This document shows positions 62,535-64,000 of a DNA stretch of 64,000 bases, one piece after another. The DNA lies in the NCBI RefSeq assembly GCF_018977255.1, contig NW_024704743.1:65040001-65104000 (forward strand), given 5' to 3'. The notes below the pieces were generated by a model. It searched no databases and had not been told where the DNA came from. It was given only the letters and a program-made list of their open reading frames with translations. A program made the translations under genes and the position numbers. The stretch's first letter is position 1; every line of letters begins with the position of its first letter. This stretch comes from Callorhinchus milii (lineage: Eukaryota).

Positions 62535-62760
62535 CAGTGCACTCTTTCCCCCAAAGGCTGTGGTTGCTGGACCCATTCACATCTTCAAGACTAAGGTGGA
62601 TAGATATTTGTTTAGGTCAGAGTATTAAGGGATACAGGTCGGTGGGAGGGTGGGGGATGGTAATTGGAGTTGAGGTACAGATCAGCCATGATCTTATAGA
62701 ATGGCAGAACAGGCTCGAAGGGCTCAATGGCCTACTCCTGTTACCGTGTTTTCTATATGA
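62535..62760 (+). mobile_element. CR1 3' end
   Basis: Aligns with 5430-5650 (gatcagccatgatcttat...ggcctactcctg). Confidence 0.85.
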
Positions 62761-63931
62761 AGCATAATTCTGATAAGAAAACAGCTCCGAACTGTTACGT
62801 ATGAAACAAGCAGTGAAAATATCCCACTTGGAAATTCACATTGGACATTTTTCAGTCACATTGGGACCCATAAATGTTGCCTTGGTAAATTGTGTTCAGT
62901 AAATCAGTTCAGTGGTCAGTTAGTCCAATTACGATGGGCTCCCTTTATTAGTACTGAACAAGATTCAGGGGGTTCTTGGGCGAGATTATAAAAAGGAATT
63001 CTTAGACACGAGTTTGTACAATGATGTGGCTGCCAAAAAAGTAGGAAGCCAAAATCCAACCAAATAATAGAATGAACATCATGTTTAATTCCCACTCTTG
63101 TGTATCAAAACAATGGTACTGGAAATCATTTGTTATGGCTTATTGCTTCTTTTATGTGGAATTCAAGTCTTAACAATGTTATCTGAAGTAATTTTCCTAC
63201 AAACCTTTAGAGCTGCAACTTCTATTGAATGCATCTGCTGGAATGCTTCAATTATTTATCTTTTTGTTTTCATGTGGCTTTTGACAAATGAATCTGAGTA
63301 TTTTCAGTAATTCTTTTACCAATTAAAAGTAGTTTTAAACTTGGAGAAATTTTATCCATAAATGAAGTTTTACAAAGCACAAATCAATTAGATTTTTTCA
63401 TGAGATTACTGCACGACCAATTTCTGACAGATCTTGTTTAACTATCACAGTATTCAAATTGAAAGGGACAGTCCTCTCTAGTTCTGCTGAAAATACACCA
63501 TTATTGTGTTAAAGAATTACCATGATGTTCTTTACTTGATAAGCGCCTCAAATGAAGATCTGATTTTTTAAAAAAACTGATGTATTCAATGTTAGATACT
63601 GTACCCAAAATAGTCCAGTGTGTTTTGGGTCAGACAACTAGGATGGGCTAGGAAAATGAACTACATGGCAGAAAATTTGTACCTTTGGAAGATGATAGAA
63701 TAGATCCGAGTTGGAGAAAGACCTACACGGAAAGCCAACGCTGAGATGGTGGCACTCAACTGCACACAAGACCTGAATGAAACAACTATGGCAGCTAGCA
63801 GAGAAGAGTGGATGATGCTTTGTGTTATCTAGAGGCAACCTGGTTATGATTGACTGTCACTTAGAATTGATCATTCGTGGATTCCTCATTTTGGGAGGAT
63901 ACTTCTTTGTGTGAAGGATACTGTAATCATT

Positions 63932-64000
63932 TAGAATCATAGAGTCTTACGGCACAGAAAGTGGCCACTTGGTCCATCTTGTCTGTGCCTGCTCTTTGAA
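63932..64000 (-). mobile_element. CR1-type 3' tail running off the window edge
   Basis: tagaatcatagagtc..ggcacagaa..ggcca is the reverse complement of a typical CR1 terminal repeat and stem. Confidence 0.55.

Overview
Vertebrate genomic DNA, most likely a cartilaginous fish; this is inferred from the CR1/L2/Deu-SINE/Penelope repeat mix, and a chimaera is possible. The whole window lies inside the 3' half of cordon-bleu (COBL, WH2-domain actin nucleator) on the minus strand. Six coding exons have GT-AG boundaries and compatible phases: 59611-59420 (Pro-rich cassette), 37648-37288, 33266-33160, 28516-26460 (large exon ending in WH2-1), 26340-26221 (WH2-2) and 3432-3181 (WH2-3). The N-terminal exons lie to the right of the window, and the final short exon was not found. 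Introns are rich in CR1 and L2 LINE fragments, two tRNA-derived SINE families sharing an L2-type tail, an unassigned non-LTR retrotransposon, a Tigger/pogo-like MITE and a Penelope-like fold-back insertion. The most notable observations are four. (1) A strong alternative terminal exon (VTCCAPVSMRVNRL*) plus two in-frame candidate internal first exons, one containing an RFX X-box, suggest the N- and C-halves of Cobl can be expressed separately. (2) A SINE was copied together with about 580 nt of its 3' flank and given a second tail. (3) A minimal hammerhead-ribozyme motif lies on the COBL sense strand. (4) A LINE family has an RT unlike CR1 or L2. Repeat boundaries are approximate and were read by eye; family names and cross-species comparisons come from recall, not database searches.
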